Positions 13,557 to 27,206 of a DNA stretch of 64,000 nucleotides are shown piece by piece. Numbering within the stretch: the first letter of the stretch is position 1; each line of letters begins with the position of its first letter. Location: NCBI RefSeq assembly GCF_006345805.1, contig NC_043001.1, forward strand, positions 71,548,001-71,612,000, in the 5' to 3' direction. The DNA is from Octopus sinensis (lineage: Eukaryota). Position numbers and translations under genes: made by a program. Below the pieces are notes generated by a model. The model saw nothing but the letters and a program-made list of their open reading frames with translations. It ran no database searches and was not told the origin of the DNA.

Positions 13557-14010
13557 AGTATAAGCAATTTCACGGAGAGCCCCCCCCCCTTTGGAATATG
13601 ACTTTGAGATACTGTATGCTATCAGTGATAATACAATACAGTCACTCTTTATGTTTGATTTCAAGATGGTGGCCCACGAAGTCAGGTCAGCTATGGCTTT
13701 GACTATTCTCACTGGAACTTTAGCAAGTTAGAGGCCTTCTAGCATCCATGAGTGGGGAACAGAGTCAAAAGCTTTCTTATAGTCTAACCACATTGAAACT
13801 AGGTTCCTTCTATGCTCTCGCACCTCTGATAGAAGTTTTGTTGACTAACAATTGCCTGGCACATCTCCAGACTCCCTTCTTCCCAGCTGCTTGTTCTTCT
13901 CTGATAATGTTATTGATTTCACAATGGTCCTGGAGGAAGAGATTTAAACATGCTGTATATATCTTATACATTAAGTTCTGGCATGCAATCGACAGGTAGT
14001 TTTTTGCCAT
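13557..14010 (-). mobile_element. RLE-type LINE RT fragment (same family as 40330 and 55811)
   Basis: Close match to 42000-42430 and the reverse complement of 55811-55930; IFQG-like RT motif at the junction with the mariner. Confidence 0.8.
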
Positions 14011-14082
14011 ATGGGTGGCATACATACCTACCTACACACATACATCCATACATAGATATATCTATGTATATATACACTATAT

Positions 14083-14130
<48 letters not shown>

Positions 14131-14316
14131 GCCATATTATAATATATACAAACTCTTACACATTTTTCTCGCCAGTGACAGATAAAAGCTAAAGCTCATA
14201 TCGATTTAAAGGAAACATCAGTAATAAACGCAAGATTTATTTGTCTACGTCTGTTCTGAATGTATCATTCACCGAGATTCCATATATTTTATAAACAATA
14301 GACAATAGAACACACA

Positions 14317-14470
14317 AGTGAGCGTGGATTTGTGGTAAGATGATTGCTTCCTAACCATATGATTCCGTGTTCAGTCCCACAGCGTGGCACCTTGAGCAAA
14401 TGTCTCTTACTTTGGCCTCCAGCTAACTAAAGCCTTCGAAGTGGATTAGGTAGACGAAAACTGCAAGGAG
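14317..14470 (+). mobile_element. SINE head (long family)
   Basis: gtggtaag..aaccatatgattccgtgttcagtcccacagcgtggcaccttgagcaa. Confidence 0.75.
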
Positions 14471-14474
14471 TCTT

Positions 14475-14625
14475 CTTTTCCTTCTTCTTAGGTTCCGTCG
14501 GTGCCTTTGAGCATCGTATCAGGCAGTTAGTGATCGTCATTTGTCTTTGGCCAACCCATTTGCTTCTTCCCAGGTGATGTTCAGTCTGCGTACGTCTCCT
14601 TTGAAGGTACTATGCTATATTTTCT
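14475..14625 (-). mobile_element. LINE (RTE/CR1-like) ORF2 extreme 3' end
   Basis: Minus translation ..LNITWEEANGLAKDK.. followed by an (AAG)n-like tail. Confidence 0.5.
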
Positions 14626-14691
14626 CTTACCTTCCAGTGGCAATCTTAATGTGTGTGTGTGTGTGTGGTGTGTGTGTGTGTGTGTGTGTGT

Positions 14692-14754
<63 letters not shown>

Positions 14755-14757
<3 letters not shown>

Positions 14758-14925
14758 AGGCGCAATGGCCCAGTGGTTAGGGCAGCGGACCCGCGGTCGT
14801 AGGATCGCGGTTTCGATTTCCAGACCGGGCGTTGTGAGTGTTTATTGACCGAAAACACTAAAGCTCCACGAGGATCCGACAGGGGGGGGGCGATCCCTGC
14901 TGTACTCTTGCGTCACAACTTTCAC
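14755..14925 (+). mobile_element. tRNA-headed SINE (third family; head also at 37560-37620 on minus)
   Basis: ggaggcgcaatggcccagtggttagggcagcggac..ggtttcgatttcc (A and B boxes). Confidence 0.75.
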
Positions 14926-15274
14926 TGGGGTCGATTCATTTGACTAAAGATTCTCCAAAGGTGTCCCATAATGGCCGCAGTCTAATGACTCCAACTAATA
15001 AAAGATAAAAGACAACGTCAACGCAGACGTAATTAAATATGTTAAAGACTACGAAACTCGCCACACATCTTATGTTAGCTATTATCATTTTATTAGTTGG
15101 CTCAATATTTGCCACAGAGTTCAACAAAGACATGCGGTATCACTCGATGCAACGGTAGTATATCAACTTAGTTTCCTTCAAAAGAATAAAGAAGACTCAA
15201 TTCTCATCTACATAGATTACTACAAGAGCTAACAAAGATTCCTCTAAAACAGTATCCTCATACTCCTAAGAAAG

Positions 15275-15450
15275 TGGCTGCGAGCTGGCTGAATCATTAG
15301 CAGGCCGGGCGAAATATTTTGTGGTGTTTCGCCCGTCTTCACATTCTGAGTTCAAATTCCGCCAAGATCGACTTTGCCTTTCATGCTTTCGGGGTAGATA
15401 AAATATGCAGCCCCGAAATTAATGGCCTTGTGCCAACATTTGAAACCAAT
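15275..15450 (+). mobile_element. tRNA-headed SINE (family of 5077)
   Basis: gcgagctggctgaatcattagc..gagttcaaattcc..gactttgcctttcatgctttcgggg. Confidence 0.8.
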
Positions 15451-15986
15451 ATTTCAATACTTGTGCCACATGCAATAGTATAGAAATATAAAACCCTCGG
15501 TGAGCTTAATAAAAAAATATTTTTAAGAGCCGATTTTGTACTTGAAAGTGATTTTAATATACTTCCTTTCTTTGACGCATCCATAAAATACCATCTGGTA
15601 TCCCCAGGGGATTCCTGCACTCCATAATCTAAATAGTTGCTCGATTTTCTACCAATAGTTGCTAAATGTCATCCAAATGACATTCTACTATCTTTAAAAC
15701 TTAAGGTCATATCAAGCAATGTAATCGTTGATTCTTTAATAACACAGGTTGGCATCGGCTGGAGCAGAGTTTACAGGCTATTTTGTGAAGAGGAATAAGC
15801 ATTGATTATAACAAAAGGCTCAATAGTATAAAATAGTTACAAACGTTAGATACAGACTATGCAAAAGAGATGTGATTACGCTGCTCTGTATTATGTGAAA
15901 ACATACATTAATGTAATTGGTACTGAATATTTGCAGCAGAGTAGCAAATTTATAACAGTAATAAAATTACCAGTTCTAATATATAC

Positions 15987-16410
15987 TCTCTTTTACTCAC
16001 TTTTACTTGTTTCAGCCATTTGACTGTGGCCATGCTGGAGCACCGCCTTTAGTCGTGTAAATCGACTCCAGGACTTATTCTTTGCAAGCCTACTACTTAA
16101 TCTATCGGTTGCTTTTGCCGAACAGCTAAGTTACGGGGAGATAAACACACCAGCCTCGGGTGTCAAGCGATGTTGGAGGGGGACAAACACAGACACACAA
16201 ACATATATGCACACACACACATACTTATATACATATACATATATACGACGGGCTTCTTTCAGTTTCCGTCTACCAAATCCACTCACAAGGCTTTGGTCGG
16301 CCCGAGGCTATAGTAGAAGACATTTGCCCAAGGTGTCACGCAGTGGGACTGAACCCGGAACCATGTGGTTGGTAAGCAAGCTACTTACCACACAGCCACT
16401 CCTACGCCTA
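15987..16410 (-). mobile_element. Full-length long SINE with internal (TA/TG)n tract
   Basis: Reverse complement: gtggctgtgtggtaagtagc head, internal microsatellite, gtaaaagagtaaaaga-like tail. Confidence 0.9.
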
Positions 16411-16447
16411 TATCTATATATATGTGCGTGTATGTGTGTGTGTATGT

Positions 16448-16496
<49 letters not shown>

Positions 16497-16695
16497 GTGT
16501 GTGTGTATGTATGTATGTATGTATGTATGTATGTATGTATGTATGTATGTATGTATGTATGTATATATGTATGTATGTATATGTATGTATATACATATAT
16601 ACATATATAGATAGGTGAATGAATTATTCTCTGTTTATCGTCGAGTAAAGGAATTTTGTTAACATCTTCGTTCGATTCCATTCTTTCATTTATTC

Positions 16696-16814
<119 letters not shown>

Positions 16815-16876
16815 ATATATATAATTATATATATATATACATATATACATATATATAATATATATATATATATATA

Positions 16877-16930
<54 letters not shown>

Positions 16931-16960
16931 ATTATATATATACATATATACATATATATA

Positions 16961-16994
<34 letters not shown>

Positions 16995-17474
16995 CCGACG
17001 TTGTATTCTTGTGGTTAATACCTTAAAAACTAGTATTCAGTAAGATTTGGTTGTTTTGGCAGAATATACAAAGATTGATGGTTTCTATTTAGTAGAAAAA
17101 GTTTTGAGGAATATCTCTTATGAAAATAGAATACCGTTTTATTATTAAATCCTCATTGATAACGTATTTGCCAGCTTATCATGGGTATTGTTGAAGATAT
17201 TACTAACGGCTAAGATCATATTTTCACTGCTATCAAAAACAACCACAACCATCTTGAAAAATATTCCTCTTAAATCATATCTTTATCGATGATATCCTCA
17301 CAAACGGATTTTATTTTTTCACATTACTTATGGTCTTATATAGTTTATCTCTGTCCCTTTATTTATGCTTTATTATTTTCCTTGTTTTCTTTTTCTTGCA
17401 AATTTGGAAAAGAATACACTGTGCACGGATGTATTACGTATATATTTCTATACAAACATAGACAGAAAGTATAT

Positions 17475-17551
<77 letters not shown>

Positions 17552-17586
17552 GTGTGTGTGTGTGTGTATGTATGTATACACACCAC

Positions 17587-17629
<43 letters not shown>

Positions 17630-17637
<8 letters not shown>

Positions 17638-18544
17638 AGTATGTGTTATATATATATATACATACATGCATACATATATACATACTGACACGTACACTCA
17701 TACATATATATACATATGTGTGCGTCTGTGTGTGTGTATGTATGTAATGCATGTATGTATGTATGTATGTATGTATGTATGTATGTATGTATGTATGTAT
17801 GTATGTATGTATAAGCATGTTTCTGTCCAAATATATATATATATACCTGCATGTGTGACTATATATTTGTTTGTCTATATAAGGCATTGTTAAGGTTTCT
17901 ATATGAAATCCTGCTCATTCGATATTTTCTTCAAAAAGTGTACACCCATGTTTCTTAGCATGGAGACTGGATCGTTAAACCAACAGATAAAGCAGTGATA
18001 AACCCTAATATCAATGATTTCTTTGTATCTCTCTCTCTCCCTCTTTCTTTTTCTTTTCTCTCTTCTTTATTCCTCTCCTCTTCTCCCCACCTCCTCATTC
18101 TTCACTGCTGACATAGAATGTTTATATCCAATATATCACATGTCACTATATTAAAAGAACGTTTGTTTATTATATTTATTCATTTTATTCATATATTTAC
18201 TTGACACTCTTCATGCATTTGCTTCTCAATATTTTTGTCGAATGTAAAATAAGGAACTGATTTATATATTTCGTCATTAAAAGACATCTTTTTAGTTCCA
18301 TTAGCGAATTGATGTCGTTATTCTTTTTCAGGACAACTAGAACCTGGTCTTCATGACATGTCATATTAATTCATTGTATAACCGCGTAGTACATTTACAG
18401 TTACACAACACGCATACATATCTATACACTATACTTATAAACGAATACACACACGCATGCACGAATCATATGTGTTATATATACATATACATATATTTAT
18501 AACAGATACATAGATATAAAATGCACATTATATATATAAGTATA

Positions 18545-18606
<62 letters not shown>

Positions 18607-18745
18607 ATTTATAAATTTATATTGCACAAATTTTTTAGGGATTCTCATCCGAATTTCGCTTGCACACTGATACGCAAACGTCTTATACGAACAATACAGG
18701 CATATATATATATATATTGTGTTGTGCGCGTGCGTATGTGTGTCT

Positions 18746-18835
<90 letters not shown>

Positions 18836-19750
18836 AGTATGTTTTATATATATATATACATACATGCATACATATATACATACTGACACGTACACTCATA
18901 CATATATATACATATGTGTGCGTCTGTGTGTGTGTATGTATGTATGCATGTATGTATGTATGTATGTATGTATGTATGTATGTATGTATGTATGTATGTA
19001 TGTATGTATGTATAAGCATGTTTCTGTCCAAATATATATATATATACCTGCATGTGTGACTATATATTTGTTTGTCTATATAAGGCATTGTTAAGGTTTC
19101 TATATGAAATCCTGCTCATTCGATATTTTCTTCAAAAAGTGTACACCCATTGTTTCTTAGCATGGAGACTGGATCGTTAAACCAACAGATAAAGCAGTGA
19201 TAAACCCTAATATCACATGATTTCTTTGTATCTCTCTCTCTCCCTCTTTCTTTTTCTCTCTTTCTTTATTCCTCTCCTCTTCTCCCCACCTCCTCATTCT
19301 TCACTGCTGACATAGAATGTTTATATCCAATATATCACATGTCACTATATTAAAAGAACGTTTGTTATTTATATAATATTTATTCATTTATTATTCATAT
19401 ATTTACTTGACACTCTTCATGCATTTGCTTCTCAATATTTTTGTCGAATGTAAAATAAGGAACTGATTTATATATTTCGTCATTTAAAAGACATCTTTTT
19501 AGTTCCATTAGCGAATTGATGTCGTTATTCATTTTTCAGGACAACTAGAACCTGGTCTTCATGACATGTCATATTAATTCATTGTATAACGCGTAGTACA
19601 TTTACAGTTACACAAACACGCATACATATCTATACACTATACTTATAAACGAATACACACACGCATGCACGAATCATATGTGTTATATATACATATACAT
19701 ATATTTATAACAGATACATAGATATAAATGCACATTATATATATAAGTAT

Positions 19751-19792
<42 letters not shown>

Positions 19793-19941
19793 TATATATA
19801 ATAGTTAAAATTATATTGCACAAATTTTTTAGGGATTCTTCATCCGAATTTCGCTTGCACACTGATACGCAAACGTCTTATACGAACAATACAGGCATAT
19901 ATATATATATATTTGTGTGTGCGCGTGCGTATGTGTGTCTG

Positions 19942-19945
<4 letters not shown>
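17630..19945. repeat. Near-identical ~1.2-kb tandem duplication (17630-18748 and 18830-19945) bounded by (TA)n
   Basis: Copies differ mainly by single-base insertions (cacccatgtt/cacccattgtt, atcaatg/atcacatg, ttctcatcc/ttcttcatcc); probable assembly artefact. Confidence 0.85.
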
Positions 19946-20038
<93 letters not shown>

Positions 20039-21697
20039 TATTTATATAATATATAAACATACATACCAGAGATACATATATTCATACGTATATATACATC
20101 CATATATACATGCACCTACGAGCATATACATTATTCCTAAACTCTTTGTATTGATGCTCTTTTTTATTAATCTCTGGCAGTCAATCTCGTACTATCGGTA
20201 GCAGTAAAAAGTCAGTAGCGATTTGCCGTTTTTCCTGGAATTGTCGAATCGTCAGAAAGAATAGCAATACAATTTATAATGAAATACGCATATATCCATT
20301 GAAGGGTGTTCTATTATAGCATGTTCTTACTTCTAACCTTTTCATATTGTGGTCCTTATTTTCAAAATAAATCAAACTCCAACTCTTCTGCATACTCTAT
20401 GAACCCACGAACTATCATAAAACAAACTCCTGAAACATGTCAACATACAGTGATATATTTACTTGTAAAATTTACTTGTAACAGTATTTATTGCCGTGCT
20501 CTTCGATCTTCGCGCATGGAGACCTTTACATAAGATTTTTTCTTTACCAGGATATATAATTTTGAGCACGAATTTTGAAAAATCAAAATGGAAATCTATT
20601 CATTCTAAGTTACAGATCAAATTTGACACACATAACTGAAATTTAAGGCAGAGTTACAATGAAAACAACAATGAAGATATAAAACAGAAAATCGGATTTA
20701 TTGATACCCCTCAGAAGTGTATGTGGTGATCATAGAAATATTTTAATATCTACAGACTTACTTCGATTTATAAATTGGTTAAGCGACTTCCCAAATATCA
20801 GTCAGTTGAATCTTTTGACGCCCAGGAAAATGCTTAGCAGCATTTCGTCCTTCTTTATGTACTGAGTTCTCTTCCTGAGGTCGATGATATAAATACCAGT
20901 TGGGCTCTAGAGTCCATCTAATCGACTAGACCCTTCTCCAGAATTTCAAGCTTTGTGCCTATTGTAGCAAGGATGATGATAAGGAGGATTATTATTATTA
21001 TTTTACGATTGATTTGCAGTTTATTTTATTTCCCGGTCGGATCTCAGCCAGAGACCTAAGGCACGCATATATTGGAGAGAAACTTCCTGAGAATGTGGAC
21101 GGTTGATGTCAACACAATTTTTTGATTTTCTTAGATAGCTTGTTTCCCAAGGACCGGGTCAAAAAATTTGTCAGTACCCTTTTTGATCATCCCCAGGGTA
21201 CTTACAAGAACAGGGATGGTTTTGGCTTTTAATTGCCACGTCTTACATATCTCAATCTCAAGATCCTTATATTTCGACAGTTTTTCAAATTCCTTTGCTG
21301 AGATGTTTCTATCAGTAGGCACAATCATATCAAGTAACAAGCACGTTTTTTGCCTTAGGTCTTTGATGACGATGTCTGGTCTCTTTTTCATTTATTTGTC
21401 TGTCAGTATGTATCCCATAATCCCAAGGGATGGTTACATCCTCTCCCTCAGTGACTGGGTCTGAATGGTGTTCGTACCAGTCCTTAGGATGCGGGATATC
21501 ATAGAGACGGCATATGCTGCAGTGCAAGTATTGGTCAACTCGATCACGCCTGGTTTTATATTCTCTAGAGGCAAGGACTGAGCAGCAGGCAACAATATGT
21601 TCAATACTCTCATGTGTAATACAATTCTATATTTAAGAGATGAGGAATTATGTACATTATTTACATTTGATGGATATTTGTCCTCATCTTGTTTGTT

Positions 21698-21743
21698 AAC
21701 ACATCGTTTCGGCTAATATACCCTCCAGCCTTCATCAGATGTC
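21698..21743 (-). ncRNA. Type I minimal hammerhead motif, U16.1 mutated to A
   Basis: gacat CTGATGA a ggctg-gagggtatat-tagcc GAAA cgat gtgtt. Confidence 0.6.
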
Positions 21744-21804
21744 TTCGGGAAATTTTGAAACTGGGTTCTCATTCTTAAGGTATTTTTCGATGTTGTTGTT
21801 GTTG

Positions 21805-21861
<57 letters not shown>

Positions 21862-21951
21862 TATTCAGGTCACTGCCCGTGGGCATATGGTGTAGTGGTT
21901 AAGAGCGCGGGCTACTAACCCCAAGATTCCTAGTTCGATTCCAGACAGTGA

Positions 21952-21996
<45 letters not shown>

Positions 21997-22188
21997 GAAT
22001 AAGAGAAGAGAAGAAGAAGAAGAAGAAGAAGAAGAAGAAGAAGAAGAAGAAGAAGAAGAAGAAGAAGAAAGAAGAAGAAGAAGAATAAGAAGAAGAAGAA
22101 GAAGAAGAAGAACAACAAAACAACAACACAACACAACAACATCGAAAAATACCTTAAAAATGAGAACCCAGGTTCGAAATTTCCCCAA

Positions 22189-22234
22189 GACACATGATGA
22201 AGGCTGGAAGGTATATCAGCCGAAACGTTGTGTT
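22189..22234 (+). ncRNA. Type I minimal hammerhead motif, C3 mutated to A
   Basis: gacac ATGATGA a ggctg-gaaggtatat-cagcc GAAA cgtt gtgtt; palindromic ACGT stem III, GUU triplet. Confidence 0.6.
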
Positions 22235-22779
22235 AACAACAAACAAGATGAGGACAAATATCCGTCAAATGTAAATAATGTACTCCCATGTGTGTCACTG
22301 CAGAATCTACACTTTGTGTCTAACTCATCGTGTGTGATATTAGCTTGCTAGTTTCGAGTGAGGAGACTCTGATTTTGTGCCGCTAAGATAAGTCCTTCTG
22401 TTTCGGCTTTCAAACCAAAACTCTGCAGCCACTGATGGGTTCTTCTCCTATCTATATCAGCTTCCCCAGCTTGTTTGGGGTATTGCCCCTGCAATGCTTT
22501 TTCTTTTCGCAGTTTTGATATTTCCTTCAAGCTTTCTTGTTTGGCTTTTGTTTTACACTTTTTTGCTTCTGTCTTAATGGGTAGTGTGTCCTCTTTATCA
22601 TCATCATAATCAGGTAGATTAAGCTATCGTCTATATTTATATGTCTCCTTTGAGATTCAGTGCAGTTTCTTACTCTGTGTTGACTTACCATCTCTATCAT
22701 CCAGTAGGAAATGTTACTTTAGATATACACGTGGAGTCTTATTGTAGTCGTTTTATAGGACGTTTCAAGCTGAGTTAAG

Positions 22780-25264
22780 TTTGACTTTTGCTCTGTATTT
22801 GTACAAGTTGGTTCCAAATCTCACCTAGAGACCTCAAGAGACAAGTTAGAACTTCATGTTGGTGTTACGCCTAGGGTGTTATATATTTGGTTTAGCACAT
22901 AGTATTGTTCTAGAGTATGTTTAAGAAAACCTAAAAAAATAATAAGTTTGTTTTACAATATGAGATTACATACACAGTATTTTACGTAGGATATGTGCTG
23001 TTCCCATGAGCACTATCTTTTGAATTTCTGCCATTTTGGAGTTTTCTGGTATCTGAGCTAGGTAGCAATCAGCCCCTTTTGCTATCATTCCTAGGGCACC
23101 TATGACAACAGGTATTGTTTTAGGCTTGAGGTTCCACATTTTGCCCATTTCTATTTCAAGATATTTATACTTAGTTTTTGGTAGGTCTTGACAGTTATAT
23201 CAATGAGGGAGCATGATTTTTGTCTGAAGTATTTCAGTATAATGTCTGGCCTATTCCCATCTATCTTTTTGTCAGTTTGAATGAAGTTCCAGAGGGGTGG
23301 GTTGTGGTAATTTTCAAGCACTGGCGGTGGTTTGTGTTCCCATCACTTTTTATCATGGGGTAGGTAAGAAGTTTTTTGCAAATTACCCAGTGAATATACT
23401 GTGCTGCTCTATCATACCTGTTGAGATACTTTGTAGGTGCAAGAAGACTGTACATGGAGATAACATGATCAATGGTTTCATTTTGTTGTTTACATACACG
23501 ACATGTTAGGCACCTGCCGTTCTTTAATATGTTGGCCTGGTAGTTTTTGTAGGTAGGTATTGATCTTGGGCTGCTATGATAAACCCTTATGTTTCAGATT
23601 TAAATCCAGAAGACACTGACCATTGATGGGTAAGGGCTTTGTCCCCATTGACATTATTAGCTCTCTTTCTGTATTTGCCATTAAGAGGTTTTTCTTGCCA
23701 TTTATCAGTAAGCATATCTAAGGCAGCAGTTTTAGCACGGGTTTTCATACGCTTAGTTTTTTTCTGTGCTTGTTTCTAATACGTCTAATTCTGGAATTTG
23801 TTGTATTTGGAATCCACTTAGATATCCGTTTGCCTGTGTTGTTACTGAGTATGAAGCTTTCTTGTTTTCATGCTTTGTAACAAGTTTTACTATCCAGTCA
23901 TCAGAGTTTTTCAGGTAGGTGTCTAGGCCGATTGTGGCAATCTTCATTGTTAATTCCAGTTGTAAAAGTTCACGGCCTCCCTCTTTGCTTGGCAGATAAA
24001 GTCGTTCTATATCTGCCTTAGAGTGGTGCATTTTATGCATTGTCAACAGTTTTCGTATATTTCTGTGAAGATTAAATGTTTCAGTAATTGACCAGTTAAT
24101 GATATTGAAACTGTAAGTCACGACCGGTATGGCTAAAGTATTGATCGCTTCGATCCTGTTTCTCACATTCAGCTCTGTCTTGTGTATTGCCCTTACTCTA
24201 CGATAACATTCTCTTCTGATCCTTTCTCTCATCTCTGAATGTTTGATTCCGTCGCATTCAAATATCCCTAGGTATTTGTAGCTCTCTACTAGTTCTAATT
24301 CATTTATGACATTCTGCTGGTCAAGATTAACGTTGGATATTTCTGTTATTTTTCCTTTGATAAAGATAGCTTTTGCACATTTATCGAGGCCAAATTGCAT
24401 TCTGATGTCATCGCTGAATTGTTTAACAATCGCTAGTAAGCTTTGTACTTGTTGGCCATTTTTTCAAAGAGCTTTAAATCATCCATATGTAAATGAGATG
24501 ATTTATATTTTTATCAAACATTTTTTAACCGCAATTTCGAGAGAGGTATTAATGCTAAAGGAGTGGTGATAGTCACCATGGAAAATGCCACATAAAATTC
24601 TTACATCTCCAGCATTAAGAGATTCATTGTCACTGTTCAAAGTCTTGATCTCATACTTACAGACAAGAAGTTTTGCAGAGTAGGTGCTATTTCATACATT
24701 TCCAGACATTTCTTAATCCAGCTATGTGGTAGACGATCAAAATCCTTTTTATAGTCTATCCAGGTTAACTAAAAGTTTTTGTTTCGTTTGTAACAATCTT
24801 CCAAGATCATCTTATTGATGAGTAGCTGATCTTTGCAACTATAGGAACCATATTTACAACCTTTTTGCTCATTAGGAAATATGCTACTTTCAATTAAAAA
24901 ACTTTAGGTATATTTAGTCAAGACAGAGGTTAGTATTTTATACATTGTTGTTAAGCAGGTTATGGGTCTATAATTTTTTGGTTCATTTTTTGGAAGTAGG
25001 AATGTTACGCCATTAACTAGCCAAGAGGAAATCATACTAGGTTGTTGCAAAACATTGCTGTAAAGTTTTCTTAGCAGTTCATGGCTCTCTGGGAATGAAT
25101 CAACCAGAAGTTAGGAATTTTATCCTTTCCTGGAGACTACCATTTGCTTGACTTTCTGAGAGTATATCTTACATCCTCTACCTTGATACACTCCCAATTT
25201 TGCTCTTCTGGCAGCTTTAACACATACCTTTTGCTTGATGGTTTCTATGGTGGTATCTATGTCA
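22780..25264 (-). mobile_element. R4/Dong-like LINE, 5'-truncated copy A (RT plus RLE, with frameshifts)
   Basis: SPGKDKIPNFW, MQFGLDKC, YKYLG, HSKADIERLYLPSKEGG, RYDRAAQYIHW, TIPVVIGALG; (TAA)n at the 5' junction. Confidence 0.9.
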
Positions 25265-25280
25265 ATTATTATTATTACCA

Positions 25281-25345
<65 letters not shown>

Positions 25346-25352
25346 GTTATTA

Positions 25353-25407
<55 letters not shown>

Positions 25408-25430
25408 CATCATCATCATCATCATCATCA

Positions 25431-25467
<37 letters not shown>

Positions 25468-25468
<1 letters not shown>

Positions 25469-27168
25469 TTGACTTTTGCTTTATATTTGTACAAGTTGGC
25501 TCCAAGTCTCACCCAGAGACCTCAAGAGACAACAGGTTGGAAGTTCATGTTGTTGTTATGCCTAGTGTGCCATATATCTGATTTTTGGGGAGTGGGGTGT
25601 TGTACTAGTGAATGCCTAAAAAAAACGAAAATTATGTTTGTTTTAAACCTTGAGATTACATAGAAAGTATTTTGCGTAGGATATGAGCAGTTCCCATGAG
25701 CACTATCTTTTGAATTTCTGTCATTTTTGGGTTTCCTGGTATCTGAGTTAGGTAGCAATCAGCCCCTTGTGCTATCATTCCCAGGGCACCTATGACAACA
25801 GGTATTGTTTTAGTCTTCAGCTTCCACATTTTGCTGATTTCTATTTCAAGATCTTTATATTTGCTCAGTTTTTGGTAGGTCTTGACAGATACGTTTATAT
25901 CGATTGGGACAGTCATATCAATGAGGAGGCATGTTCATTGTCTGAAGTCTTTCAATATGATGTCTGGCCTATTTGCATCTATCTTTCTGTCAGTTTGAAT
26001 GGCGAAGTTCCAGAGGAGTGAGATGTGGTCATTTTCAAGCACTGGAGGTGGTTTGTGTTCCCACCAGTTTTTTTCATGGGGCAAATCCAGGTTTTTGCAA
26101 ATTAACCAGTGAATATATTATGCAGTTCTATCATGCCTGTTGAGATATTCTGTAGGCGCTAGAAGACTGCACTTGGAGACAACATGATCAATGGTTTCAG
26201 TTTGTTGTTGACATACACGACATGTTAGGCACCTGCTGTTCTTTAATATGTTGGCCTGCTAGTTTCTTGTTGGTAGGCATTGATCTTGAGCTGCTATGAT
26301 AAACCCTTCTGTTTCAGATTTTAAGCCAGAGGCCATTAGCCATTGATGGGTAAGGGCTTTGTCAGTATCTGCATTATTCTCTCTCTTTGGGTATTTGCCA
26401 TAGAGAGGTTTTTCTTGCCATTTATCATTCAGAATATCTAAGGCCGCAGTTTTAGCACGGGTTTTCATGCTCTTAGCTTTTTCTGTGCTTGTTTCTTGTA
26501 TGTCTAATTCCGAAATTTGTTGTATTCGGAATTCACGTAGATATTCCTTTGCCTGTTTTGTTACTGAGTATGATGCTTTCTTGTTTTCATGTTTTGAGAC
26601 AAGTTTTAACATCCAGTCATCAGAGATTTTCAGGTAGGTGTCTAGGTCAATTGTAGCAATCTTCATTGTTATTGCCAGTTGTAAAAGTCCACGGCCTCCC
26701 TCTTTTCTTGGCAGATAAAGTCGTTCTGTATCTGCCTTAGGGTGGTGCATTCTATGCATTGTCAACAGCTTTCGTATATTTCTGTCAAGATTACATATTT
26801 CAGTAATTGACCAGTTAATGATATTGAAACTGTAAGTCACGACTGGTATGGCTAAAGCATTGATCGCTTTGATCCTGTTTCTCACATTCAGCTCTGTCTT
26901 GTGTATTGCCCTTACTCTACGATAACATTCTCTTCTGATCCTTTCCCTCAGCTCTGAATGTTTGATTCCGTCCCCTTCAATTACCCCGTAGGTACTTGTA
27001 GTTCTCCGCTGGGTCTAATTCTTTTATGACATTCTGCTGGTCAAGGTTAACGTTGGATGTTTTTGTCATTTTTCCTTTGATAAAGGTAGCTTTTGCACAT
27101 TTATCGAGGCCAAATTGCATTTTGATGTCATCACTGAATTGTTTAACAATCGCTAGTAAGCCCTTGAC
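25468..27168 (-). mobile_element. R4/Dong-like LINE, 5'-truncated copy B of the same family
   Basis: HPKADTERLYLPRKEGGRG, QKLSKYKDLEIE; same 3' UTR as copy A; (TAA)n on both sides. Confidence 0.9.
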
Positions 27169-27206
27169 TTATTATTATTATTATTGATATTATTATTATT
27201 ATTATT

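Larger units (their letters stand above)
21618..22280. mobile_element. tRNA-headed, hammerhead-carrying non-autonomous element with outward-facing inverted arms and a 13-bp TSD
   Basis: TSD tactc(t/c)catgtgt at 21605-21617 and 22281-22293; A box 21888-21898, B box 21932-21942; HHR motif in both arms. Confidence 0.8.
20990..22620 (-). mobile_element. RLE-type (R4/Dong-like) LINE 3' fragment, split by the 21618-22280 insertion
   Basis: QWLQSFGLKAETEGLILAAQNQSL, CRFC, SIEHIVACC, RPDIVIKD, EKLSKYKDLEIE; (TAA)n tail at ~20990-21003. Confidence 0.9.

Noticed and set aside
21880-21950. Possible tRNA-Ser(ACT) gene
   Set aside because: No complete acceptor stem; embedded in a mobile repeat; treated as a SINE head
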